Notes: generated by a model from the sequence alone, not told the origin. Shown: positions 1-8,406, numbered from the stretch's first letter. The stretch: DNA of 53,992 nt from Acidobacteriota bacterium (GCA_046704825.1 JBJKRE010000253.1:1-53992), one strand, 5' to 3'. A program made the numbers and translations.

Positions 1-195
1 CTTCCCCAGAACCTCCGGCCTCTTCTTGCCGAGAATCCGCTCGGCGGCCGTGTTGAAGCAGGTCAGGCGCCTGTCGAGGTCCATGGCCAGCACGCCGTCG
101 GAGATGCTGTTGAGAATGGTCTCGAAACGGTCGCGGTTGAAGCGCGAGATGTAGGCGGTCTCCGTACCGTTTTCCTCTTTCTTATTTCGATCCAT
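1..195 (-). CDS. PAS-domain protein, N-terminal fragment (gene runs off window start); candidate sensor or sigma54 activator
   Basis: Reverse-strand ATG at 195-193 opens MDRNKKEENGTETAYISRFNRDRFETILNSISDGVLAMDLDRRLTCFNTAAERILGKKRPEVLGK. The frame stays open to position 1. FETILNSISDGV..D....FN.AAE..G is a typical PAS N-terminus. Absent from the ORF track because it is truncated. Confidence 0.5.
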   Translation of the reverse strand, partial: MDRNKKEENGTETAYISRFNRDRFETILNSISDGVLAMDLDRRLTCFNTAAERILGKKRPEVLGK

Positions 196-371
196 GCAAC
201 GTCCTTTCACCACGTCCCGATATTAGCAGTTTTGCAAGAGTATTGCCGCCGGGCCCATGCGTCTGCGCATCGGTAGCCCCGGGATGGGGCGCGGGCGGTC
301 GCGGACGCGGAGCGGCCCATGTCCTTTGTTCTGAAGGAGCTAGCACCCACGCAGGACCTGCGCGGGGACGT

Positions 372-387
372 TCGGCACGCTTCATGC
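372..387 (+). promoter_or_regulatory. Putative sigma54 (-24/-12) promoter of the tusA/hdrA-like operon
   Basis: cGGCACGcttcaTGCt. GG (373-374) and GC (385-386) have exactly the spacing of the TGGCACG-N4-TTGCW consensus. Lies about 63 nt upstream of the ATG at 450. Confidence 0.45.
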
Positions 388-449
388 TCTGCAAAGGGTC
401 CTGCACGGGTGCGGGGGGTCCGCGCCCGGCGATCGCCAAGGAGATCACC

Positions 450-710
450 ATGACGACTGAAGAACTCAAAGCGCTGAAGGCTGATGTACAGGTCGACGCC
501 AGGGGAACCGCGTGCCCCGGCCCCCTCCTCGAAGCCAAGCGGGCCATGGCCAAGGTCCCGAAGAACGGCGGCCTCCTGGAAGTCCTGTCCTCCGACGAGG
601 GAACCAACGAAGACATCCCCCTCTGGGCCCGGAAGTCCAAGCACGAGTACCTCGGCAACGTCGAGGAAGCGGGCTACTGGCGCCTCTTCGTCCGCCGGGG
701 CGCTCGATGA
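450..710 (+). CDS. TusA/SirA-family sulfur carrier protein (86 aa)
   Basis: Internal ATG at 450 preceded by AAGGAG (438-443). DARGTACPGPLLEAKRAM carries the CPxP active-site Cys motif. L.VLSSDEGTNEDIPLW matches the TusA fold signature. The upstream part of ORF 243..710 is Gly/Arg/Ala-rich junk. Confidence 0.85.
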   Translation: MTTEELKALKADVQVDARGTACPGPLLEAKRAMAKVPKNGGLLEVLSSDEGTNEDIPLWARKSKHEYLGNVEEAGYWRLFVRRGAR

Positions 711-1126
711 GCCAGACGCAGGCGCAGGGTGAAAGCGCGGATCCGAGGATCCTCGCTTTCACCACCCTCAACATTTCGGACCCGGGCGTCGACCTGGCCG
801 GAAGCGCGCACATGCACTACCCCCCGTCCGTGATCCCGCTGAGGGTCCCCTGCTCCAGCGGTATCCGGCCGGGCTGGATTCTCGACGCACTGGAATCGGG
901 GTTCGACGGCGTGTTCGTGGCGGCCGACGGCGGCGACTGCGCCTTCCTCCAGGACTGCACGTCGCGCACCGCCAAAGTCATCGACGAGGCGCAGGCGCTC
1001 CTCACGGAGCACGGGTACAGCCCGAAGCGCCTCAAGATGGCCGCCATCTGCTCGGTCTGCTCGGAGTCCTTCGTCTCTCACATGAAGAGCTTCAGCGAAC
1101 TCCTCAAAACAGTCAAAGACTCCTAA
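707..1126 (+). CDS. MvhD/FlpD-like (methyl-viologen-reducing hydrogenase delta subunit family) electron-transfer protein
   Basis: ATG at 707 overlaps the tusA-like stop (ATGA). YPPSVIPLRVPCSSGIRPGWILDALESGFDGVFVAADGGDCAF resembles the FlpD/MvhD core (YPPNV..IRV.CSGR.....IL.A...GADGV.V.GC..GDCH). Confidence 0.7.
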   Translation: MSQTQAQGESADPRILAFTTLNISDPGVDLAGSAHMHYPPSVIPLRVPCSSGIRPGWILDALESGFDGVFVAADGGDCAFLQDCTSRTAKVIDEAQALLTEHGYSPKRLKMAAICSVCSESFVSHMKSFSELLKTVKDS

Positions 1127-1142
1127 CAAGCGGGATATCACC

Positions 1143-3851
1143 ATGAATCAGGACGTTTTGATAGTCGGCGGCGGGATTGCGGGCATGGAGTCTGCGCTCA
1201 CCCTGGGCGACATGGGGTACAAGGTGCTGCTCGTCGAGAAAGAGGGCAGCGTCGGAGGGCACATGATCCTCCTGTCCAAGGTCTTCCCGACCCTGGACTG
1301 CGCCAGCTGCATCTCCACCCCCAAGATGGCCGCCACCGCGCACCACCCGAACGTCACGGTGCTCACCAACACCACGGTGGAGGCCATCGAGAAGCAGACC
1401 GACGGCACCTTCAAGGTCCGCCTCAACCGGAAGGTGACCTCCGTGAACGCGGCGGCCTGCACCGGCTGCGGCGAATGCGAGCTGGTGTGCACCGTCGCCA
1501 TTCCGGACGAGTTCAACTTCGACCTGGCCGCCCGCCGGGCCGCCCACATCCCCTTTCCGCAGGCCGTCCCCAAGAAGGCGATCATGACCCGGTACGGCAG
1601 CTCCCCCTGCTCCTTCACCTGCCCCGCAGGCGTCAAGGCGCACGGGTACGTGTCTCTCGTGCGCGCCGGGAAGTACGAGGAAGCCTTCAGGCTCCACATG
1701 GAGGACGCCCCTCTGCCCGGCACCCTGGCCCGGGCCTGCTACGCACCGTGCGAAGGGGCCTGCACGAGGGGCGAGGTCGAGGGTTCGGTCTCGATCCGGC
1801 AGATCAAACGGTTCATGGTGGACCGCTACTACGCCGACCACCCCGAGCCCGAATACGGGCCGCCCGACACGATCCTCGACCAGAAGGTCGCCGTGGTCGG
1901 ATCCGGCCCCGCGGGCCTCTCGGCGGCCTACCACCTGGCCCGAAAAGGCTACCGCGTCACGGTCTTCGAGGCCGACGAGGAGAGCGGAGGCATGCTGCGG
2001 TACGCCATTCCCGCCTACCGGCTCCCCAAGAACGTGGTGGACCGGGACATCGCCAACATCACGGCGCTGGGCGTGGAGATCCGCACGAACAGCCCTGTCA
2101 GATCCGCCAAGGCACTGAGGGACCAGGGCTACGACGCCGTGTTCCTGGGCGTCGGGACCTCCGAAGCCTGGAAGCTCGGGGTCGAGGGCGAGGACCTCGA
2201 AGGCGTCAGCGACTGCATCGGGTTCCTCAAGGACGCGAACACGGGACGGCTGAAGGACCTTTCGGGCAAGATCGTGGCCGTGATCGGCGGCGGCAACTCG
2301 GCCATGGACCCGGCGCGCCTGGCCGTCCGGCTCGGCGCGGCGAAGGTCGTGATCATGTACCGCAGGAGCCGGACCGAGATGCCGGCCCACGACTGGGAGG
2401 TCCAGGGCGCCCTGGACGAGGGCGTCCAGCTCGAGACGCTGAAGACGCCCAAGCGCTTCATCGGCGAGAACGGGCGGCTCACGAAGATCGAGTACATCCG
2501 CATGAAGCTGGGCGAGCCCGACGAGAGCGGCAGGCGCCGGCCGGTCCCGGTGGAAGGATCGGAGACCACGATGGACGTGGACCTTGCGGTCCTCGCCATC
2601 GGACTGAGGCCCAACACGAACCCCTTCGCGGGCGAACTGAAGGAAAAACGCGACGGTACCTTCAGCGTCGACGAGGAAACCCTTCTGACGCCGATCCCCG
2701 GGGTCTTCGCCGGTGGCGACGCCGTCACGGGCCCCTCCATGATCGTCAACGCCATCGGCCAGGGCAAGCGGGCCGCCTTCTACATCGACCGCTTCCTCAA
2801 GGGCGAGACGCTGGAAGGCCGGACCTTTGACGACAGGCTCGCCGAAGTTGACAAGAAGGAAGTCCTCGCGCGCGGTACCCTCTCGAAGCGCGAACGGAAG
2901 AACGCGCCCGAACTGCCCGTCTCCGAACGCGTCAAGAGCGTGGCGGAAATCGAGGGCTGCTTCACGGAAGAGGAGGCGAGGACCGCGGCGAACCGCTGCG
3001 TGGACTGCGGCGGGTGCGCCGAATGCCACGAATGCGTGAATACCTGCCCGGCCGACGCCATCGACTTCACGCTGCGCCCCGGCGAACAGACCGAGGCGGT
3101 GCGGTCGGTCATCGTGTCCACGGGCTACAAGCTCTTCGACCCTCACCACAAGGAAGCCTACGGCTACGGAAAGTACCCCAACGTCGTCACGGCCATGCAG
3201 ATGGACAGGCTCGTGGCGCCGACAAAACCCTACAACCACACGCTCCGCCCCTCGGACGGGAAGGCGCCGGACAACATCGCCTTCGTGCTGTGCACGGGGT
3301 CGCGCGACTGCACCGTCGGCAACCAGCTCTGCTCCAGGGTGTGCTGCATGTACTCCATCAAGCAGGCCCAGCTGATCATGGGCGCGCTGCCTCTGGCGGA
3401 CATCACCATCTACTTCATGGACATCCGGGCCTTCGGCAAGGGCTTCGAAGAGTTCTACCAGCAGGCCAAGGGCATGGGCGTGAACTTCGTGAAGGGCCGG
3501 GTGGCCAAGATCGAAGAGACCGAGGACCAGAACCTGGTCCTGCATTACGAGGACATCGAGGGGGGCGGCGGCCACGCAAAGGCCGAACACGACCTGGTCG
3601 TGCTCTCCGTGGGGCTCCTGCCCAATCCCGACGCCCTGAAGCTCTTCAAGGGAGGCGCGCTTCAGGCCGACCCCTACGCCTACGTCCGCGAGATCGACGA
3701 GGACCTCCTGCCGGCCATGACCAACATCGACGGCGTGTTCGTGGCCGGGACGTCGTCGGCCATCCGGGACATACCGGACACGATCCTGCATTCGGGAGCC
3801 GCCGCCGCTCAGACCGCGGCCTTCCTTGAGAAATCGGGGGTGCAACGATGA
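1143..3851 (+). CDS. HdrA-like flavoprotein with an inserted GltD/NfnB-like NAD(P)H:FAD oxidoreductase module (902 aa)
   Basis: N-terminus VLIVGGGIAGMESAL (FAD Rossmann). HdrA signature CTGSRDCTVGNQLCSRVCC lies near the C-terminus. Between them: CTGCGECELVC, then KVAVVGSGPAGLSAAYHLARKGYRVTVFEADEESGGMLRYAIPAYRLP, IVAVIGGGNSAMD and GVFAGGDAV (glutamate synthase small-subunit-like). A further ferredoxin motif is CVDCGGCAECHECVNTCP. Confidence 0.85.
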   Translation: MNQDVLIVGGGIAGMESALTLGDMGYKVLLVEKEGSVGGHMILLSKVFPTLDCASCISTPKMAATAHHPNVTVLTNTTVEAIEKQTDGTFKVRLNRKVTSVNAAACTGCGECELVCTVAIPDEFNFDLAARRAAHIPFPQAVPKKAIMTRYGSSPCSFTCPAGVKAHGYVSLVRAGKYEEAFRLHMEDAPLPGTLARACYAPCEGACTRGEVEGSVSIRQIKRFMVDRYYADHPEPEYGPPDTILDQKVAVVGSGPAGLSAAYHLARKGYRVTVFEADEESGGMLRYAIPAYRLPKNVVDRDIANITALGVEIRTNSPVRSAKALRDQGYDAVFLGVGTSEAWKLGVEGEDLEGVSDCIGFLKDANTGRLKDLSGKIVAVIGGGNSAMDPARLAVRLGAAKVVIMYRRSRTEMPAHDWEVQGALDEGVQLETLKTPKRFIGENGRLTKIEYIRMKLGEPDESGRRRPVPVEGSETTMDVDLAVLAIGLRPNTNPFAGELKEKRDGTFSVDEETLLTPIPGVFAGGDAVTGPSMIVNAIGQGKRAAFYIDRFLKGETLEGRTFDDRLAEVDKKEVLARGTLSKRERKNAPELPVSERVKSVAEIEGCFTEEEARTAANRCVDCGGCAECHECVNTCPADAIDFTLRPGEQTEAVRSVIVSTGYKLFDPHHKEAYGYGKYPNVVTAMQMDRLVAPTKPYNHTLRPSDGKAPDNIAFVLCTGSRDCTVGNQLCSRVCCMYSIKQAQLIMGALPLADITIYFMDIRAFGKGFEEFYQQAKGMGVNFVKGRVAKIEETEDQNLVLHYEDIEGGGGHAKAEHDLVVLSVGLLPNPDALKLFKGGALQADPYAYVREIDEDLLPAMTNIDGVFVAGTSSAIRDIPDTILHSGAAAAQTAAFLEKSGVQR

Positions 3852-5578
3852 GCGATCGACGACTGGGCGTTTTCATCTGCCACTGCGGGGGCAACATCTC
3901 GGACTACGTAGACGTGGAGAAGGTCCGCGCCGCGGTCGAGAACGACCCCGACGTGGTGGTCGCCAGAACCACCATGTTCGCCTGCTCGGACGCTTCCCAG
4001 GAAGAGATGAAGTCCGACATCGAAGCACACAATCTGGACGGGATCGTCGTCGCGTCCTGTTCGCCCAGACTCCACCTGGAGACCTTCAAGGGCGTGGCCT
4101 CGCGCGCCGGCATGAACCCCTACTGCTACTCGCAGGCCAACATCAGGGAGCAGTGCTCGTGGGCCCACAGGAACGAGATGCCGCAGGCCACCGACAAGGC
4201 GATCCGGATCATCCGCTCCGCCCTGGCCAAGACCCGTCTCAGCGAGCCGCTCAGCACGATCCGCGTGGAGACCACGCCGAAGGTCGTGGTCATCGGCGCG
4301 GGCGTCGCGGGGATGGTGGCATCCCTGACCCTGGCCGACATGGGCCTCGACGTCTTCCTCGTGGAGCGCGAGGCGAAGGTGGGCGGCTGGACCCGCCGGT
4401 GGGGAAAACTCTTCCCCAGCGACCGGAAGGGTGAGGACCTCGTGGAGGAACTCGCCGGCAAGGTCAAGGCCCAGCAGAGGATCACGCTCTTCACGCAGGC
4501 GGAGCTGATCGAGAAATCCGGCACGGTCGGCGACTTCACCGTGACGCTCCGCGTCCGGGACAAGAGCAACATCTCGCTGAAGGTCGGCGCGATCATCGTG
4601 GCCACGGGCTTCGATCCCTACCAGCCCGCCGAAGGCGAGTACGGGTGGGGCCAGAGCCGCGTCGTGACCCTGCCCCAGTACGAAGAGATGCTCGCGAAGG
4701 GCGACGGCGCCATCACCGTCGGCGGCAAGCCCGTCAAGACGGTGGCCTACGTCTACTGCGTCGGAAGCCGCCAGAGCGAGGACTGCGGCCTGGAGCACCC
4801 CAACCAGTACTGCTCTCGGTTCTGCTGCAGCGCCGCGGTGCACGCCGCCATCAAGGCCAGCGAGAGGGACCCCGGGGTGAACCAGGTCCACCTCTACCGC
4901 GACATGCGGACCTACGGCAAGTACGAACTGCTCTACGAGAAGGCGAGCCGCGACGGCTCCGTCTTCATCCGCTTCGACGAGGAGGCGCCGCCGGAGGTCT
5001 ACGACGAGGGCGACAAGATGATCGTGAAGGTCGCGGACGTCCTGGATGCCGGCGAAGAGATCGAGATCCCCGCCGACCTCGTCGTGCTCGTCACCGGCAT
5101 GGTGCCCAGGCAGAACGACGGACTCGTCGCCGCGCTCAAGATACCCACGGGCAGCGGCGGCTTCTTCAACGAGATCCACCCCAAATTGAGGCCGGTCGAG
5201 ACCGCGATCAACGGGGTCTTCATCGCGGGCGCCTCCCAGGGCCCCAAGACGGTGGCCGAGAGCGTCGCCTCGGCACTGGCCGCCGTGGCCAAGGGCGGCG
5301 CCCTGGTCATGAAGGGCTACGTGGACCTGGACCCCCACGTGGCGGTCGTGAACTCCGAGGCGTGCACGTGGTGCGGGAAGTGCGCCGAGGCATGCCCCTA
5401 CGACGCCATCGAGAAGGTCGAGGAAGGCGGCAGGGAGGTCGCACGGATCATCGACGCCCTGTGCAAGGGCGGCGGCCCCTGCGTGCCCGTCTGCCCGGAG
5501 GGCGCCATCGACCTCAAGGGCTACACCGACCGTCAGGTGCGGTCGATGATCGAATCCATGGTCAAGGAGGCGGTGTGA
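3848..5578 (+). CDS. HdrA/QmoA-B-like flavoprotein with C-terminal 2x[4Fe-4S] ferredoxin domain (576 aa)
   Basis: ATGA overlap with the previous gene. RLGVFICHCGGNI start. VVVIGAGVAGMVASL FAD motif. HdrA-type CVGSRQSEDCGLEHPNQYCSRFCC. C-terminal CTWCGKCAEACP and CKGGGPCVPVCP. Confidence 0.85.
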   Translation: MSDRRLGVFICHCGGNISDYVDVEKVRAAVENDPDVVVARTTMFACSDASQEEMKSDIEAHNLDGIVVASCSPRLHLETFKGVASRAGMNPYCYSQANIREQCSWAHRNEMPQATDKAIRIIRSALAKTRLSEPLSTIRVETTPKVVVIGAGVAGMVASLTLADMGLDVFLVEREAKVGGWTRRWGKLFPSDRKGEDLVEELAGKVKAQQRITLFTQAELIEKSGTVGDFTVTLRVRDKSNISLKVGAIIVATGFDPYQPAEGEYGWGQSRVVTLPQYEEMLAKGDGAITVGGKPVKTVAYVYCVGSRQSEDCGLEHPNQYCSRFCCSAAVHAAIKASERDPGVNQVHLYRDMRTYGKYELLYEKASRDGSVFIRFDEEAPPEVYDEGDKMIVKVADVLDAGEEIEIPADLVVLVTGMVPRQNDGLVAALKIPTGSGGFFNEIHPKLRPVETAINGVFIAGASQGPKTVAESVASALAAVAKGGALVMKGYVDLDPHVAVVNSEACTWCGKCAEACPYDAIEKVEEGGREVARIIDALCKGGGPCVPVCPEGAIDLKGYTDRQVRSMIESMVKEAV

Positions 5579-5829
5579 TGGAAAGCAAATCTCCCAGGGA
5601 CCTTCGCGAGATCATGCGTGACGAACTGGTGATGGGGGACAAGATCGCCGGCCTCCTCGAAGAAGGACCGATGACCATCCCGGAGATCGCCGAACGCCTC
5701 GGGAGTCCCAGCTACGAAGTCCAACTGTGGGTCATGGCCATGCGCCGGTACGGAAAGGTCGACGCCCTGCCCAAGGGCCGGGGCGACGACTACTTCACCT
5801 ACGGGCTCAAGGCGCAGGCCGAGTCATAA
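5578..5829 (+). CDS. Small winged-helix-like protein (83 aa), function unknown
   Basis: ATG at 5578 overlaps the hdrA-like stop (TGATG). MESKSPRDLREIMRDELVMGDKIAGLLEEGPMTIPEIAERLGSPSYEVQLWVMAMRRYGKVD has the size and pattern of a FeoC/ArsR-type wHTH. It is the tail of track ORF 4645..5829. Confidence 0.55.
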   Translation: MESKSPRDLREIMRDELVMGDKIAGLLEEGPMTIPEIAERLGSPSYEVQLWVMAMRRYGKVDALPKGRGDDYFTYGLKAQAES

Positions 5830-5846
5830 GTCTCCAGGAGATCCCG

Positions 5847-6950
5847 ATGCGATTAGATCCTTCACTGCACAGAAAGATAGGCCGTTTCGGGGGCGTGGAC
5901 GTGGACGCGTGCTACAACTGCGGCAACTGCACGGCGACCTGCAGCCTGTCCGACGAAGACCACGCCTTCCCGCGCCGGATGATGCACTACCTGCAGATCG
6001 GCAACCACGAGAAGCTCGTGGGGTCCCTGGACCCCTGGCTGTGTCACAACTGCGGCGACTGCAGCGCCCGGTGCCCCCGGGACGCCAGGCCCAGCGACGT
6101 GGTCAACGCCGTGCGCGCGGAGGCCGTCAAGTCATTCGCCTTCCCGTCCTTCATGGGCCGCATGGTCGCTTCGCCGAAGTGGCTTCCGGTCCTCTTCCTG
6201 CTGCCGCTCGGCCTCTTCATCGCCTTCGCCGAAGCCCTCAGGGGCATCACGAAGGCCACGCCCAGCCCCGAATTCTCCAACGTATTCCCCGAACTCCCGC
6301 TGGAGATATTCATGTTCGTCCTGTCGGCCCTCGTGATCCTGTCCTTCGCTCTGAGCATTTCGAAGTTCGTCAGGGCCACCGGGTCGAAAATCAAGGATTC
6401 CAGGCTGGTCAGGGGATTCGTGCCCGCCGCAAGGGAGATCCTCAGCCACGCCAGGTTCAGGAAATGCGAGGAGGAGAAGGGCCGCACCCTGGGTCACGTC
6501 CTCACCTTCTCCGGTTTCGTCACGCTGTTCATCGTAAGCTCTGTCGAGGGCCTGGGCACGTGGTTCCACGTGGTGACCCTGCCCCTTCCCTTCTGGGACG
6601 CGCACAACCTGCTCGCCTCGTTCCTGAAGATCGCGGCCAACGCGGGAGGGCTCGTGCTCCTCGCCGGTCTGGTCATGCTGCTGAGGGACCGCTACAGGGA
6701 CCCGGCAAAGCGTGCGAACTCGACCTACTTCGACTGGCTGCTGCCGTGGCTCCTGGTGAGCATCGTGCTGACGGGCTTTTTGAGCCAGGGCACCAGGCTC
6801 ATGGGGCTGGGGCACGTCATGTTCGGCGTCTACTTCGTTCACCTGACACTCATTTTCATGCTGTTCGCTTACATGCCGTTCTCGAAATTCGCCCACGTCA
6901 TATACCGGACGGTGGCCATGTCCATGGCCTCCCAACCCGGTGAACGCTGA
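5847..6950 (+). CDS. QmoC/HdrC-HdrE-like membrane iron-sulfur protein (2x[4Fe-4S] N-domain plus multi-TM cytochrome-b-like domain)
   Basis: ATG at 5847 preceded by CCAGGAG. CYNCGNCTATCS and CHNCGDCSARCP motifs. Followed by about 5-6 hydrophobic helices (WLPVLFLLPLGLFIAF, IFMFVLSALVILSFAL, VLTFSGFVTLFIV, GLVLLAGLVML, LPWLLVSIVLTGF, VYFVHLTLIFMLFAYMPFSKFAH). Confidence 0.75.
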   Translation: MRLDPSLHRKIGRFGGVDVDACYNCGNCTATCSLSDEDHAFPRRMMHYLQIGNHEKLVGSLDPWLCHNCGDCSARCPRDARPSDVVNAVRAEAVKSFAFPSFMGRMVASPKWLPVLFLLPLGLFIAFAEALRGITKATPSPEFSNVFPELPLEIFMFVLSALVILSFALSISKFVRATGSKIKDSRLVRGFVPAAREILSHARFRKCEEEKGRTLGHVLTFSGFVTLFIVSSVEGLGTWFHVVTLPLPFWDAHNLLASFLKIAANAGGLVLLAGLVMLLRDRYRDPAKRANSTYFDWLLPWLLVSIVLTGFLSQGTRLMGLGHVMFGVYFVHLTLIFMLFAYMPFSKFAHVIYRTVAMSMASQPGER

Positions 6951-6968
6951 GGCAGGAGGGGACCTGAA

Positions 6969-7355
6969 ATGCCGGAACTCGAAGAAGAATCGAAGAAGGA
7001 AAAACTGGTCGTTATCGGCACGCACGGCGGCGAGGACCCCGAACGGGCGAGCCTGCCCTTCGTGGTCGCCAACGCCGCGTTGGCCATGGACGTGGCGGCA
7101 ACCGTCATCCTGCAGTCGACGGCGGTCACGCTCGCGGCACCGGGCTGCTACGAGCACGTCTTCGCGCCGGGCCTGCCGCCGCTCAAGGATCTCGTGGACT
7201 CCTTCCTGGAACAGGGCGGCAACCTGCTGGTGTGCACCCCCTGCCTCGACGAGAGGAAGATCGACAAGGCCTCGCTGCTCCAGGGGGCCGCACCGGTGAA
7301 GGCCGGGCGCGTCGTGGTCGAAATCCTCGAAGCCACCAACGCGATCACCTACTAG
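6969..7355 (+). CDS. DsrE/DsrF-family sulfur-relay-like protein (128 aa)
   Basis: KLVVIGTHGGEDPERASLPFVVANAALAMDVAATVILQSTAV ... GGNLLVCTPCLDERKI is the DsrE/YchN-like alpha/beta pattern with a conserved Cys region. Confidence 0.7.
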   Translation: MPELEEESKKEKLVVIGTHGGEDPERASLPFVVANAALAMDVAATVILQSTAVTLAAPGCYEHVFAPGLPPLKDLVDSFLEQGGNLLVCTPCLDERKIDKASLLQGAAPVKAGRVVVEILEATNAITY

Positions 7356-7436
7356 AGTTCGTCCTCGCCGGCCAGAGCCGGCCGGGACGGGGGGCAGATG
7401 CCGGGCGGCCGGACCGGCCAGCCCACGGAGGTAGCC

Positions 7437-8258
7437 ATGTCCGTAATAGCCATTTCGAGAGGAAGCCTGACGGCGGCCACGCACCTCGCCGAGGAGTTGG
7501 GCAAGAGACTGGGCAGCCGGGTGATCAGCCGTGAGGAGGTCATCGACGCGGCCGAGCGGTACGGCATAGACCAGACCGGAATCAGCCGGGAGAACATCAT
7601 CGGCGAGTTCCCGCCCGGTTTCTGGGAGCGATACGCCGACGCGAGGCACCACTACCTCGTCTGTTTCCGCGCAGCGCTCCTGGACTTCGCCGTCAGGGAG
7701 CCCATCATCTACCACGGCAACCTGGCCCACGTCCTTCTCAACGACGTACCCTTCACGTTTCGGGTGAGGGTCAACGCCCCGGAAGAAAACCGGGTGCGGA
7801 TGCTGATGGAGGAGCGGGGGTACACCCGCGAGCGGGCCGCCGCCGAGGTCCGGGAGATGGACCGCCGGCGAAGGCGCTGGGTCGCCTTCCTGTACGATGC
7901 CGACTTCGGCAACACGGTCCCCTTCGACCTGGTGCTGAACATGCGGCTGATCACCATCGCCGACGCCGTGGACCTGGTATCGGCCGAGATTCAGAAACCG
8001 GCCTTCCAGAGGACGGAGGAGACCGTTAAAACGCTGTTCGACCTCCGCCTCGGCGCCATCGCCGAGGCGCAGCTCCTGCACTGCCACGCGACCTACGGGC
8101 TCGGCCTGGAGGTGTCCGGGGACTCGATCACCGGCAGGGTGACGGTCTGCAGGGGTCCGTCGGGCTCGGACGACGACACGGTCGACGCCGAAATCCGCGA
8201 AGCCCTCGAGGGGCTGGACGCTGTAAAAGAAGTGGACGTTCAGGTGAAGAGCAACTGA
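7437..8258 (+). CDS. Cytidylate-kinase-like family (PF13189-type) protein with non-canonical P-loop; C-terminal small alpha/beta (BON-like?) domain
   Basis: ATG at 7437 after GGAGGT. MSVIAISRGSLTAATHLAEELGKRLGSRVISREEVI resembles the ISR..GSGG...A..LA..LG start of the family, but GSGG is replaced by GSLTAA. Confidence 0.45.
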   Translation: MSVIAISRGSLTAATHLAEELGKRLGSRVISREEVIDAAERYGIDQTGISRENIIGEFPPGFWERYADARHHYLVCFRAALLDFAVREPIIYHGNLAHVLLNDVPFTFRVRVNAPEENRVRMLMEERGYTRERAAAEVREMDRRRRRWVAFLYDADFGNTVPFDLVLNMRLITIADAVDLVSAEIQKPAFQRTEETVKTLFDLRLGAIAEAQLLHCHATYGLGLEVSGDSITGRVTVCRGPSGSDDDTVDAEIREALEGLDAVKEVDVQVKSN

Positions 8259-8406
8259 CGCGCAAGCGCCGGGCGGGGAGGGCGCGTTCCGCCGCAGACG
8301 CGGCAACTCGGTTCTCCCGCGGCCCGGCTGGACGTCCGGATGCCGTGAACGTCGAGGCGCCCCCCAGAGGGCGTCTGACAGCGGCCCCGGGCCATAGGAA
8401 GGCACC

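Noticed and set aside
1113-3845. 910-aa ORF antisense to the large hdrA-like gene. Similar long antisense or out-of-frame ORFs are at 3809-5338, 6132-8408, 16850-18691, 25768-27414, 26157-28307, 28545-29954, 31233-32894, 36920-39616, 45338-46648, 49850-51073 and 51973-53286.
   Set aside because: They are mirror frames of genes with clear conserved motifs. Their translations are Arg/Gly/Ala/Pro/His-rich with no recognisable domains and no RBS. Long stop-free antisense frames are expected in DNA this GC-rich.
1143-5578. Selenocysteine (in-frame TGA) in the HdrA-like proteins, as seen in some deltaproteobacterial HdrA
   Set aside because: Both reading frames are uninterrupted, and the relevant positions are Cys codons. 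No in-frame TGA or SECIS-like requirement is evident.
1143-6950. Calling the module a bona fide QmoABC or sHdr system
   Set aside because: The gene order and domain fusions differ: MvhD is separate, a GltD insertion is present, and there is no HdrB/CCG. No aprBA/sat or lipoate-binding protein genes are adjacent. I kept the generic 'HdrA/QmoC-like' labels.
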